Source of the DNA: Haliotis rubra
Taxonomy: Eukaryota
DNA: 64,000 nt
Assembly: GCF_003918875.1 (NCBI RefSeq)
Contig: NW_025765237.1
Location: 248,001-312,000 of the forward strand
Direction: 5' to 3'
Positions 28,101-41,590 of the stretch are shown piece by piece. Positions within the stretch are counted from its first letter, which is position 1. Each line of letters opens with the position of its first letter. The translations under genes and the position numbers were made by a program. The notes beneath the pieces are model-generated. The model worked only from the letters and a program-made list of their open reading frames with translations. It was not told the origin of the DNA and did not search any database.

Positions 28101-28260
28101 GCAGATGGTGTCACTGTTGCTCAGATGGTATCACTGTCAGTCAGATGGTGACACTGTCAGATAGTGTCACTGTCACTCAGATGGTGTCACTGTCAGATGG
28201 TGTCACTGTCAGATGGTGTCACTGTTGCTCAGATGGAGTCACTGTCAGTCAGATGGTGTC
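25105..28260. repeat. 20/16-bp minisatellite (GTCACTGTTGCTCAGATGGT / GTCACTGTCAGATGGT), ~3.15 kb
   Basis: Continuous array with higher-order structure. Confidence 0.97.
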
Positions 28261-29527
28261 CCGTGAGGTGGTATTGTCGAAGCTATGATAATGGGTCAAT
28301 GACGGTTTCAAAGACATACAGTGATATCTCACAACTATATCACATTTATTCACAGCTCTATCAAGGTAAATTAGCGCAGTGTTACCACGTTACCAGGTTG
28401 CTAGGATACCAGGTTGTCATTTAATTACCGCTTTCTCAATCAGTCAACAGGTTCTTGACACCAAATAAGGGCATCCACTCCTGTACTCTTACAATGACAA
28501 TCATCGAACCATTCGTCAAATTACATTCTTGCATGTAACGGGTGAAAATTTTGATACTCTGCAGTTTGAAATGAAGTGTTACGCTGTTCCCTAGTCAAAA
28601 TTACACAGTAAAATTGAGGACAATGATATTTCAAGCAGCACATCAAAGAACCCGGAGAAATGTATTTACTTGATGTCTTTGATCTGCTCTGTAACTAACT
28701 CTCACATGCTGGGATGTAGCGAGCAGAACGAGAACAGCGATGTTATCTCGCTAACTTGCTCCGACCACAATAGCCGTATGATCTCAATAATGGCTGCTCC
28801 TGAAGACCCTTCTCAATGAAGGGATGAGAAAAACTTGCTGTGAAAGCATATTTAGTTGTCAAGTAAATGAACTCCACAAGCAGTTCAATAATGTCTGTAC
28901 AAAGTCTATAATTCCTGTGAAACATTTCTAGTCCAGCAGCACCATCTATTAGCTGCAGTCAAATTAACTGTTGCTCAAATCATGCTGTTGCTTCATTTAT
29001 TCATCTTAGCACCATATGTCTTAATGGAATCCCAGTTCCATGGTACCATCTTGGGAGTAAACTGTCCAATGAAGAGTACATCGGGACGTAAATCTAAATG
29101 TGAGGCTACAGCACACTACTTTGGTGAGCACCATTGGAAAATTAACAAGCAATGAGACTTTATGGTTGAGAATGAGTGGTATGAAGGATTACAAGACGCA
29201 TCGGCCAATTAAATGTCCAGGAAATCAGAAGTAATCACTGGCACTGTGATGTGCAGAAGTGGGGTCATCAGCGACAAAAGCATTGTGGGAAATCCGTCAA
29301 TGCCAGAAAGGAATCATCTCGTTACAGAGCCAATTCAATTTCAGCTAAACGATAAATAAACGGCAATGGAAAGAAGACGAATTACCTAGAGGAACATTTT
29401 AGTCTTGGAATAAACAAGTTTGTGATTTGGTTAAGATGGTAAGCACTTCATCATTACTGTGATATATTACAGTATGAACGCTTTTATATATACCAAAATA
29501 AATCACAATATGAACACCATAGTGTGT

Positions 29528-29880
29528 ACCACAATACATCCCAGTATGAACCATGTCATATCTACCACAATAAATCCCGGTATGAACCATGTCATATCTA
29601 CCACAATACATTCCAGTATGAACCATGTCATATCTACCACAATACATCCCAGTATGAACCATGTCATATCTACCACAATAAATCCCATATCTTACCACAA
29701 TATGAACCATGTCATATCTACCACAATACATTCCAGTATGAACCATGTCATATCTACCACAATACATCCCAGTATGAACCATGTCATATCTACCACAATA
29801 AATCCCGGTATGAACCATGTCATATCTACCACAATACATTCCAGTATGAACCATGTCATATCTACCACAATAAATCCCAG
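29528..29880. repeat. 36-bp minisatellite (CCACAATACATCCCAGTATGAACCATGTCATATCTA)
   Basis: About 10 copies. Confidence 0.95.
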
Positions 29881-29919
29881 ACGGACATGATACTTCACCA
29901 ATAGTTCACATAATGATTA

Positions 29920-30340
29920 TGGTTCTCAAGTTTAACTATAGGCCTTTTCAAAGCACTTTTCAAGGTTTCAAAGCTTTTTTCAAGGCTGAAAGACTGAAGT
30001 GTCCTTTTAAAACAAATTTATGAGGAAACTTTATTTCATGGTCAGCATAATTCTTTTCAAACAATCACAATCAAAATATGAACATTAAAGTCTTCACACC
30101 AACAATTGCATTTGATTATTATAATAATTAGTAAACTATATTTAACAAAGTCGATTACCATACTTACCTAAATTAAGGCCTTTTCAACTAATCTTATATT
30201 ATCCTTAGTCTTCACAAGATATCTTATTTGATCTTCAGGCCTTTTCAAGGCATTTTCCTTTAGTCTTCAGGCCTTTTAAAGGAAGTTATCTTTAAGCCTT
30301 GTTTATGATATTCATGTCTTCTTAAAGGCCGTTTCCAATC
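29920..30340. mobile_element. Possible decayed hAT-like element
   Basis: Clusters of AGGCCTTTTCAA(GG) subterminal-type repeats at both ends of an AT-rich core; no clear TIR or TSD. Confidence 0.3.
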
Positions 30341-30854
30341 TGAGATGACAATATTGACGTACTGAGAAACTTGTCTCGCTAAATTTGATCTGCAGCAACA
30401 CAATTTAGGAACCTTAGCTTTCTTAAATTCAATGATACGACAAATCATATTTCAGATCTATTCCGCTCATGTCAAGCTCCTACTTCATCTCATACCTCTG
30501 TATCACCTGGATCTGCTGATCTATATATAGCCCTCTTGTACAGCCAGGTGATAACAAGTCATACTACACCTCACTCAGTCTTTAGTAAACCAGTAGTTGT
30601 CTACTAATTATAAGTGACAATTGTTCCGCCCAGGTAGACTCACAGTATCCTCCTACCTGGTAGGGGTTGGGGGGTCACAACATTAATCTAATTATTTCCA
30701 CTTGGCTGCAGTTGCTATGGTGACAAGAAGCCTTGAGATTCAACAATTAGTCACAGTGTGCGGTTGTTTAGTGATATAAGTGCTGGTGTCAGGAGAGGAG
30801 ATGTACACCAGTGGGTGTCAGATGAACTGGCAGCCCAGCAGACACCTACTGATG

Positions 30855-31025
30855 GGTTGGTTGGTTTGTTGGTTGTTAAACGCCACACTCAGCAATATTC
30901 CAGCTATATGGCAGCAATCTGTAAACAGTAGAGTCTGGACCAGACAATCTACTGATCAACAGCATGAGCATCAATCTACCTGCACCAGACAATCTACTGA
31001 TCAACAGCATGAGCATCAATCTGGG
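30855..31025 (-). mobile_element. 5'-truncated SINE-B with an internal ~45-bp duplication
   Basis: CGCCACACTCAGCAATATTCCAGCTATATGGC tail; ACCAGACAATCTACTGATCAACAGCATGAGCATCAATCT occurs twice. Confidence 0.75.
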
Positions 31026-31288
31026 GCAATCAATACAAGTGCATGAGAGTGAGGGACTAGGTGAGTCAGGGGTGGAAATAACCCATTGCCCGACGCCCGA
31101 GTCCAGTGTTTTTTTCTGTCGGGCAAGCAAATTTGTATATCACACTGTACCTATGTCCAGTTGATATTCCAATGTTAATTATGTTGTTTATTTAAAAAAT
31201 CAACAAGAAAACGGCCGGTATAGTGGAAAAATTATCAGGGCAAGTGATTTTACATGTGCCACTGTACCGGAGTACACTCGTAATTTTA

Positions 31289-31420
31289 NNNNNNNNNNNN
31301 NNNNNNNNNNNNNNNNNNNNNNNNNNNNNNNNNNNNNNNNNNNNNNNNNNNNNNNNNNNNNNNNNNNNNNNNNNNNNNNNNNNNNNNNNNNNNNNNNNNN
31401 NNNNNNNNNNNNNNNNNNNN
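31289..31420. other. Assembly gap
   Basis: Run of N. Confidence 1.
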
Positions 31421-32080
31421 TTCTTCTATCTCATGCAGACGACATCAATAAGCTTCATAAATATGTTTGTATGTGGTAAATCTAAACTGGACCTTCAACT
31501 CAACAAGTAAACCCTCTGCCCACTGTGCCAAACCATTCCTAAACCAGGAGAAGTCTGCATGTATATTGAGAAAATAGTTTGTACGAGGCTACACCTCATT
31601 ATGAGCTCAATCTTCTTTGTCGAGGCAGACGCAAGTGCTGCAGGAAAATTAGCCTCAACTGATCGCATTATGGGATGTGTGCTCTGTGGTTGGTTATAAC
31701 TAGTTGCTACCTCCGGCTATATATCCATATATATGACACGAGTTAATGTCATGATACTCTATTCTTAGAAGCTATCTTCTCCAGCAGAAAGACAATAGAC
31801 TCCAGTTGAGTAGGTGGTGCTGTACAAACACGACAACTAGTCTACTTACTGAGGAGAGAATCCAGATTTTGAGTTGTGTGGAAACTGACAGAAACTTTCA
31901 AAGGAGGCAGGTGTCATGGATGAAACCAATTCACACAACTAAGTTCCAACAACTACCTGTGTCCCCACTGGATACCATGCAGACATTGTACCCCAGAACC
32001 CATTTCAATAGAACTCTCTCATTACAAGAGGGGTGGACCTGGGGCGGACGCTCTAGCCACACCAGTTTCTCATTACAAGA

Positions 32081-32242
32081 GGGGCGGTGGAGTAGCCTAG
32101 AGGTTAAAGCATTTGCTCATCACGCCCCAAACCCGGGTTCAATTCCCCACTTGGGTACAATGTGTGAAGCCCATTTCTGGTGTCCCTTGCCATGAATATT
32201 GCTGGAATATTGCTAAAAACGGCGTAAAACTAAACTCATTCA
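32081..32242 (+). mobile_element. SINE-A (tRNA-derived)
   Basis: A-box TAGCCTAGAGG, B-box GGTTCAATTCC, shared GCTGGAATATTGCT tail, TSD CTCATTACAAG. Confidence 0.85.
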
Positions 32243-34155
32243 CTCATTACAAGTTTCTACAGCCATGGTTAATAAAGTAAAACTAAACTCACTCACTTAT
32301 TACAAGTTTCTACAGCCATGGTTAATGCTCCCTGATAGACAAGCAACAACCATGTAATTATATACATCCTTCAGATTAGGTTAGGAAATTTTCCATCACT
32401 ATACAAACGCAAATACTGAAAATGACTCAAAAAAATCATTGAGATGAAATCATCTGAAATCTACAAGTTTTCAATCATTTTACAACCAAGATTAACCACT
32501 AAGTCACCGGATAAAACCAACTGATGAAAGCAAGTTTTCCATCTATCAGTCTACCCACATTCCCTGACGTGATACCTTCTAATACAAGCAACACTTTTCT
32601 AAGAAGTTGGGTGCATATCAATGAAACCGTGGTTCCTGGATGAAGAAGACTCATCCCATCTTTCAGTGTTACTGTTGCAGTAGTGGTGACAGTTCCCTCT
32701 CAGGGAGCTGCCGTCTTCAGGAAGCCCCTCTGTAGTACAGGGCTGAGAACACCAACAGCAGACGTTAACTGATCATAATTCCAGTCACTATTCCCAAAGC
32801 CATAATGGAGACCGGACAAGATTTCCAAGGAGCTTATTGTTATTCTTACAAATATTGACCATGGAGAGTGTAATGAAGGAAGATCCCCAGTAGTCGCTAA
32901 ACTCCGCCGACGTCCTCGACTATTTCATCCACAGCCGGCCATGAATACTAATCTGCCCATCAAACTGATGAGTCGACAAATTGCTGACAGACTACGACAA
33001 TTTTAACGTGTTTTTACTGTGGGACAAATCTGCTGGTATTTAAGGTAATCTGTTATAAGTATCGCTACTTCTAAAGTACAACTCATAAAGCTGCGAAGGA
33101 AGAATGCGACATCTTGTTCCAATGGTCAAATTGGACCCTTTTGCTCAGTGTTGTCCAATCATGTAGATCGACGCCATTATTGACGTAGCCCAAGTGGGGA
33201 CGTCTAGCAGTAATTTGCCACGCCAAAAGTCCCCGATCACACTGAGACATGGCATGGTGCCGGAATTATGGGTAATTTTGTCAATGGATTCTCCTCCACT
33301 CCACGCTGCCACATCAGGCCAGGAGCAAATATTGACAGTAAATTTGGCCCTGCCGAGTTCAAAAAGAAGTCAATAGTTGTCCAAGTTGCTCAAGATCTTT
33401 GACTTGCGCAAAGTTTTGTATGATCTGATAAACAAAAGTTAGACAAGAGAGAGGGCTACACTGTGTGATCTAATAGTCTCTGTACCTAGAGTGCAGGACC
33501 TGCAGGATACCCAAGATGGATACCCAAGATACCCACAATACCCTACAGTAGTACAAGGAAACCTGGAAACATATTTTAAACCTGACTTGTCTTGGAATAT
33601 TATCACTTGGCTTCTTTAGTTTATAAACTTTCATGCTTCCAGTTATTAACATTTTCTGTAATTAACTATTAATGATATTCAGTACAACTTACTTTTTGTC
33701 ACTGCCATCGACCTTCATCTCTGCTCATTAATACTGACTCGTTCAATTTTGCGCTTGGTTCTCATTTTTAACAGCCAGCCAGTTTTAAAAAAACCAAAAC
33801 ATTTGTGCATCACTAATGAGTTGCTTACAACAAAAAGTAAACTTGATTAAATACCTTAAAAAACATAATTTTCAACACCTGTTACTCAAACACATATTTT
33901 CCGTTTATTTCTTCAACAAGCACCTGCTACTAAGCATGTCTTCTGTTTATGACCTGAGCAACATGTATTTCATTATTTTTGCTTAGATGACACGAGATAC
34001 GAAAACATATTTCTGGGTTCGAGTTTTCTCAATTTTTGAAAACAATGAATTGATATATTTGAAATATTTACTCGCCATGCAGGACAAGTGTTTGTTCTCT
34101 TTCCCCACCATGAACTTGCTGCCACTGATCAGGACACTACAATCTATTTCCCTAC

Positions 34156-34194
<39 letters not shown>

Positions 34195-34270
34195 CCACCA
34201 CCAGCGACAGCAGCAGCATCACCACCATCAACAATATTATTATCACCATTACTATCGGTAATTGAAAGGG

Positions 34271-34311
<41 letters not shown>

Positions 34312-34412
34312 CCATCACCATCATCATCACCATCACCACCACCACCAAGCAGCAGCAGCATCACCACCATCAACAATATTATTATCACCATTACTATCGG
34401 TAATTGAAAGGG

Positions 34413-34453
<41 letters not shown>

Positions 34454-34549
34454 CCACCACCAGCGACAGCAGCAGCATCACCACCATCAACAATATTATC
34501 ACCATTACTATCGGTAATTGAAAGGGCATCATCATCATCATCCATCATC

Positions 34550-34598
<49 letters not shown>

Positions 34599-34862
34599 CT
34601 ACCACCAACGACAGCAGCAGCATCACCACCATCAACAATATTATCACCATTACTANNNNNNNNNNNNNNNNNNNNNNNNNNNNNNNNNNNNNNNNNNNNN
34701 NNNNNNNNNNNNNNNNNNNNNNNNNNNNNNNNNNNNNNNNNNNNNNNNNNNNNNNNNNNNNNNNNNNNNNNNNNNNNNNNNNNNNNNNNNNNNNNNTCAC
34801 AGCAGCAGCAGCATCACCACCATCAACAATATTATCACCATTACTATCGGTAATTGAAAGGG

Positions 34863-34903
<41 letters not shown>

Positions 34904-34992
34904 ACTACCACCACCACCAGCAGCATCGACAGCAGCAGCATCACCACCATCAACAATATTATTATCACCATTACTATCGGTAATTGAAAGGG

Positions 34993-35036
<44 letters not shown>

Positions 35037-35136
35037 CCACCATCATCATCATCATCACCACCACCACCACCAGCAACAGCAGCAGCATCACCACCATCAA
35101 TATTATTATCACCATTACTATCGGTAATTGAAAGGG

Positions 35137-35170
<34 letters not shown>

Positions 35171-35217
35171 GTCATCATCACCATCATCATCACCATCCTC
35201 ATCCTCCTCCTCCTCCT
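34156..35217. repeat. Compound repeat: (CAT)n/(CAC)n/(CAG)n tracts alternating with a constant ~60-bp spacer; spans a gap
   Basis: Spacer ATCACCACCATCAACAATATTATTATCACCATTACTATCGGTAATTGAAAGGG occurs at least 6 times. Confidence 0.93.
34656..34796. other. Assembly gap
   Basis: Run of N. Confidence 1.
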
Positions 35218-35659
35218 ACAATCTTCCTAACACACACACGTGACAATCTGTGCCAGCCCAAGTGATGACACGGCCACCTTCCTGTTGTTGACATGCCCTC
35301 CATGCTGTGTTGTTTCCCGATCAGAGTAAACAGTCGGCCATTGATTACCTGACATGATACATTATTGACAACATCATGTTACTGATAACTGTATCTTCTC
35401 TCAAATCGATAGATTACTTCATGCCAACCAACTCTTTCTGTCACTACTAATGGGGTTTTCAACATGGGAGTTTCAAACAATGGGGTTTTCAGTCCTCTTC
35501 AAAAACTTTTGAGGTTACTAATCCAAACTTGGCACAATCATTTTGAGGAAATTATACACATATTACATGGGCCATTATTTATGAGCTCAGTCTGGATTCT
35601 GGTATCAGACAAGTCGTAGGTATTGCTGACTGGGTTTTCAGTATAATTTCTCCAAGTAT

Positions 35660-35965
35660 TAGCTTTTCAACATGGGGTTTTACAGAGAGGTTTCAAGTAT
35701 CGGTTTTCCAAGCATAAAGCTTTCCAACATGGTGTTTTACAATCAGGTTTCCAGTATCGGTTTTCCAAGCATAAAGCTTTCCAACATGGTGTTTTACAAG
35801 GGGTTTCCAGTATCATTGGCATAAGCTTTCCAACATGGTGTTTTACAATCAGGTTTCCAGTATCATTGGCATAAGCTTTCCAACACAGTGTTTTACAATC
35901 AGGTTTCCAGTGTCATATTTCCAAGCATAAGCTTTCCAACATGGTGTTCAACATAGGGGTTTCCT
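35660..35965. repeat. ~55-60-bp degenerate tandem repeat (AAGCTTTCCAACATGGTGTTTTACAATCAGGTTTCCAGTATC...)
   Basis: About 5 copies, with looser GGGTTTC-type copies out to ~36340. Confidence 0.8.
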
Positions 35966-36365
35966 GTATGGACGATTATCAAGGGTTTCTAGAATCTGTG
36001 CCTCGCTCTGACAATGTAATCCCAAATATAATTAATTTCAAAACCAAATGTAGGACTTCCAGCATGGGATCTCCAATATTGGGGCATACAACAAGTGACT
36101 AACGATTGAAACAATGGTTTCTAACAACCAACAAGGGTGTTTGCAAATGTTTTTTAAACATGTTGTTTTCCATTATGAGAAATTCAAACAAGGGTTTCCA
36201 AACATGGGACTTCCACAATTGGGGGTTTCTACAAGTGATAAGGGATTCAAAGGAGGGTTTTCAACACACAGTTTTCAACAAACAGACTTCCCATATGGGG
36301 GTTTCAACAAGGGTTTCAAATGAGGGTTTATATGAAGGTTTTTGCCAGCAAGCTTGTACAGCAGA

Positions 36366-39300
36366 ACAGCAGAACTAACCAGCCTTGTACAGGAATAGTG
36401 TCCGCTACAGCAGAACTAACCAGCCTTGTACAGGAATAGTGTCCGCTACAGCAGAACTAACCAGCCTTGTACAGGAATAGTGTCCGCTACAGCAGAACTA
36501 ACCAGCCTTGTACAGGAATAGTGTCCGCTACAGCAGAACTAACCAGCCTTGTACAGGAATAGTGTCCGCTACAGCAGAACTAACCAGCCTTGTACAGGAA
36601 TAGTGTCCGCTACAGCAGAACTAACCAGCCTTGTACAGGAATAGTGTCCGCTACAGCAGAACTAACCAGCCTTGTACAGGAATAGTGTTTGCTACAGCAG
36701 AACTAACCAGCCTTGTACAGGAATAGTGTCCGCTACAGCAGAACTAACCAGCCTTGTACAGGAATAGTGTCCGCTACAGCAGAACTAACCAGCCTTGTAC
36801 AGGAATAGTGTCCGCTACAGCAGAACTAACCAGCCTTGTACAGGAATAGTGTCCGCTACAGCAGAACTAACCAGCCTTGTACAGGAATAGTGTCCGGCTA
36901 CAGCAGAACTAACCAGCCTTGTACAGGAATAGTGTCCTGCTACAGCAGAACTAACCAGCCTTGTACAGGAATAGTGTCCGCTACAGCAGAACTAACCAGC
37001 CTTGTACAGGAATAGTGTCCGCTACAGCAGAACTAACCAGCCTTGTACAGGAATAGTGTCCGCTACAGCAGAACTAACCAGCCTTGTACAGGAATAGTGT
37101 TTGCTACAGCAGAACTAACCAGCCTTGTACAGGAATAGTGTCCGCTACAGCAGAACTAACCAGCCTTGTACAGGAATAGTGTCCGCTACAGCAGAACTAA
37201 CCAGCCTTGTACAGGAATAGTGTCCGCTACAGCAGAACTAACCAGCCTTGTACAGGAATAGTGTCCGCTACAGCAGAACTAACCAGCCTTGTACAGGAAT
37301 AGTGTCCGCTACAGCAGAACTAACCAGCCTTGTACAGGAATAGTGTCCGCTACAGCAGAACTAACCAGCCTTGTACAGGAATAGTGTCCGCTACAGCAGA
37401 ACTAACCAGCCTTGTACAGGAATAGTGTCCGCTACAGCAGAACTAACCAGTCTTGTACAGGAATAGTGTCCGCTACAGCAGAACTAACCAGTCTTGTACA
37501 GGAATAGTGTCCGCTACAGCAGAACTAACCAGTCTTGTACAGGAATAGTGTCCGCTACAGCAGAACTAACCAGCCTTGTACAGGAATAGTGTCCGCTACA
37601 GCAGAACTAACCAGCCTTGTACAGGAATAGTGTCCGCTACAGCAGAACTAACCAGCCTTGTACAGGAATAGTGTCCGCTACAGCAGAACTAACCAGCCTT
37701 GTACAGGAATAGTGTCCGCTACAGCAGAACTAACCAGCCTTGTACAGGAATAGTGTCCGCTACAGCAGAACTAACCAGCCTTGTACAGGAATAGTGTCCG
37801 CTACAGCAGAACTAACCAGCCTTGTACAGGAATAGTGTCCGCTACAGCAGAACTAACCAGTCTTGTACAGGAATAGTGTTTGCTACAGCAGAACTAACCA
37901 GCCTTGTACAGGAATAGTGTCCGCTACAGCAGAACTAACCAGTCTTGTACAGGAATAGTGTTTGCTACAGCAGAACTAACCAGTCTTGTACAGGAATAAA
38001 GTGTTTGCTACAGCAGAACTAACCAGCCTTGTACAGGAATAGTGTCCGCCCACAGCAGAACTAACCAGCCTTGTACAGGAATAGTGTCCGCTACAGCAGA
38101 ACTAACCAGTCTTGTACAGGAATAGTGTTTGCTACAGCAGAGAACTAACCAGTCTTGTACAGGAATAGTGTTTGCTACAGCAGAACTAACCAGTCTTGTA
38201 CAGGAATAGTGTTTCTGCTACAGCAGAACTAACCAGTCTTGTACAGGAATAGTGTTTGCTACAGCAGAACTAACCAGCCTTGTACAGGAATAGTGTCCGC
38301 TACAGCAGAACTAACCAGCCTTGTACAGGAATAGTGTCCGCTACAGCAGAACTAACCAGCCTTGTACAGGAATAGTGTCCGCTACAGCAGAACTAACCAG
38401 CCTTGTACAGGAATAGTGTTTGCTACAGCAGAACTAACCAGTCTTGTACAGGAATAGTGTCCGCTACAGCAGAACTAACCAGCCTTGTACAGGAATAGTG
38501 TCCGCTACAGCAGAACTAACCAGCCTTGTACAGGAATAGTGTCCGCCACAGCAGAACTAACCAGTCTTGTACAGGAATAGTGTCCCCAGCTACAGCAGAA
38601 CTAACCAGCCTTGTACAGGAATAGTGTTTGCTACAGCAGAACTAACCAGCCTTGTACAGGAATAGTGTCCGGGCTTACAGCAGAACTAACCAGCCTTGTA
38701 CAGGAATAGTGTCCGCTACAGCAGAACTAACCAGCCTTGTACAGGAATAGTGTCCGCTACAGCAGAACTAACCAGCCTTGTACAGGAATAGTGTCCGCTG
38801 CAGCAGAACTAACCAGCCTTGTACAGGAATAGTGTCCGCTACAGCAGAACTAACCAGCCTTGTACAGGAATAGTGTCCGCTACAGCAGAACTAACCAGCC
38901 TTGTACAGGAATAGTGTTTGCTACAGCAGAACTAACCAGTCTTGTACAGGAATAGTGTCCTACAGCAGAACTAACCAGCCTTGTACAGGAATAGTGTTTG
39001 CTACAGCAGAACTAACCAGCCTTGTATTGTGAATAGTGTCCGCTACAGCAGAACTAACCAGTCTTGTACAGGAATAGTGTCCGCTACAGCAGAACTAACC
39101 AGTCTTGTACAGGAATAGTGTTTGCTACAGCAGAACTAACCAGCCTTGTACAGGAATAGTGTCCGCTACAGCAGAACTAACCAGTCTTGTACAGGAATAG
39201 TGTCCGCTACAGCAGAACTAACCAGCCTTGTACAGGAATAGTGTCCGCTACAGCAGAACTAACCAGTCTTGTACAGGAATAGTGTTTGCTACAGCAGAAC

Positions 39301-39808
39301 TAACCAGTCTTGTACAGGAATAGTGTTTGCTACAGCAGAACTAACCAGTCTTGTACAGGAATAGTGTTTGCTACAGCAGAACTAACCAGTCTTGTACAGG
39401 AATAGTGTTTGCTACAGCAGAACTAACCAGTCTTGTACAGGAATAGTGTTTGCTACAGCAGAACTAACCAGTCTTGTACAGGAATAGTGTTTGCTACAGC
39501 AGAACTAACCAGTCTTGTACAGGAATAGTGTTTGCTACAGCAGAACTAACCAGCCTTGTACAGGAATAGTGTTTGCTACAGCAGAACTAACCAGTCTTGT
39601 ACAGGAATAGTGTTTGCTACAGCAGAACTAACCAGCCTTGTACAGGAATAGTGTTTGCTACAGCAGAACTAACCAGTCTTGTACAGGAATAGTGTCCGTA
39701 CAGCAGAACTAACCAGCCTTGTACAGGAATAGTGTCCGGGCTACAGCAGAACTAACCAGCCTTGTACAGGAATAGTGTTTGCTACAGCAGAACTAACCAG
39801 CCTTGTAC
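36366..39808. repeat. 41-bp minisatellite (ACAGCAGAACTAACCAGCCTTGTACAGGAATAGTGTCCGCT), ~84 copies
   Basis: Highly homogeneous 3.4-kb array. Confidence 0.98.
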
Positions 39809-40188
39809 ACACAAGTAATACTCTTGTAGAGTTGCCAGTCTTCAATAATCATGACATGACTTGATCACACACGCCCATGTTTTCTGTCCCTCCTATACAT
39901 CCTGCCCTCACATCTTGGGCAAATCTATATTCTAGTCACAACCTACACTCATTTCTAACCACAACGATATGAATGACCTTACTGGTTGAAAGAAGTAGTA
40001 TGGAGAATACAATTTATTCCTGTTTTCTCGTTTTGTTTTGCATGGTTAGTCTGGAATCCTGGCTTTCATGTATTTACATCTCCTCCGAAATGAAGCATCT
40101 CTCCAACCTGTGACATCTTTCTCTGATAATTACCATGGGTAATTAGTCCTGCTTTTGATAATTACATGGTCCTGCTATTGACAAATAT

Positions 40189-40352
40189 GGGGTGGTGGGG
40201 TAGCCTAGTGGTTAAAGCGTTCACTTGTCATGCCGAAGACCCAGGTTCGATTTCCCACATGGGTACAATGTGTGAAGCCCATTTCTGGTGTTCCACACCG
40301 TGATGTTGCTGGAATATTGCAAAAAGCAGCTTAAAACTAAACTCACTCACTC
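40189..40352 (+). mobile_element. SINE-A (tRNA-derived)
   Basis: Full-length match to the other copies with an (ACTC)n tail; several CpG decay changes. Confidence 0.85.
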
Positions 40353-41590
40353 TTCATAATTACATGTTCCTCCTCTTGATAATAAATTAGTCCTGCTCTC
40401 TGTCTTTTGTTCATGTTTTAGCAGACAGCTTCCTAAGTCAAACAATTCAACTTACAAAACACACACAAACAGCCTTATAATGATGAAACGTTAAATAAAA
40501 TCATAAACTCTGGACAGCATTTTTCTTAATACTGCAAGTACTCATGTTTATTTCCAAGTGAGTCAAGCTTAACTGCCACTTCTCAAATGGAAATATATTT
40601 AGATCCTGTTTTCAAGAAAAAAAACAACTTCTAAAATGTGGCCTATTTGGAACTGAAAAAAAACAGCTTGTGCAAATTTGATTGATGATGTTCATCTAGC
40701 TGCATTAAACATGATCACAGCTACACCACAACAAGTCAAACCAGGAAATCTGTGTGGGAAGCGTGATCAAAACATATCTTGTCCACTTAAAAAAGTAACA
40801 TTTGGTTCCTTTTATCACCAAAATCATCAAAATCATCTTTTTCATCTTTTACAAGTCATGCTCATCAGATAAAAAAAAAAAGCTTGTGGTTCTTACCAAT
40901 TTCAGCATCAACATACAAGTCATACTCATATTACGACACATACCAATCAACGAAAATACAGGTCCTATACTCATCTCTTTTAGTTCCAACCAGTGACCCA
41001 ATCCAACTAGAAATCTATTTCTGAGTGTCTTCATGAAATAATTGCTTACAATAGCTAATTTTTTAAAAGGAAAAAAACCCAAAAATTTCTTTAAATTTTA
41101 ATTTTCCATTGTGGAAATTACTTTTAGTGGCAAGTAAAAACCCTGAAGGTGGAGCAGCATGGCTGATGAGACTCAGGAGTGGAGGGACGTGGGGACGACC
41201 CCGGGGACGCCCACATCACAGACAGTGGGGAGTACACAGAAAATTAGTCACATGGCTCTCGAGTAAGCTCTTAATGAGAGGCAACAAAAAAGTACAACTT
41301 TTAAGTGTAAAAACAAGGTCATGTAAGAGGAAGATGTCGGTTGTGAAATGTCAGTGGAGGTGAGTTGAATGGTGTGTAAGTATCTACAGACACCTGGCAT
41401 CCATTCTCTCAGTATCCTGCCTGCTTTCATATTTTTATTTTTAAGATAAATCAAAATGATACCGGTACTAATTAGCAAAATGATATCTGATGTTCAATTA
41501 TGCATCTATCAACCAATCAAATTACAATCATAAAATAAAGTATAGTAAAACTAATCACATTTTTCCAACATACTTAAAGACTTCTTTTAA

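Noticed and set aside
25186-28424. Many Cys/Trp-rich ORFs
   Set aside because: Translations of the 20/16-bp array.
31067-31288. CAGGGGTGGAAAT possible hAT terminus
   Set aside because: It runs into an assembly gap; no second TIR or TSD is visible.
33170-33230. Minus-strand LDVP peptide as a candidate NOS1AP exon 2
   Set aside because: The flanking residues do not match and there are no suitable splice sites.
33983-35243. Poly-His/Ser/Asp/Met ORFs resembling biomineralisation proteins
   Set aside because: (CAT)n microsatellite; frames are broken by stops in the spacer and some ORFs span N gaps.
36366-39808. CRISPR-like regular repeats (also other arrays)
   Set aside because: Units are head-to-tail with no unique spacers, there are no cas genes, and the context is eukaryotic.
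41160-41190. CTGATGA hammerhead-like cores (also ~853, ~32966, ~63952)
   Set aside because: None has a correctly placed stem II followed by GAAA.
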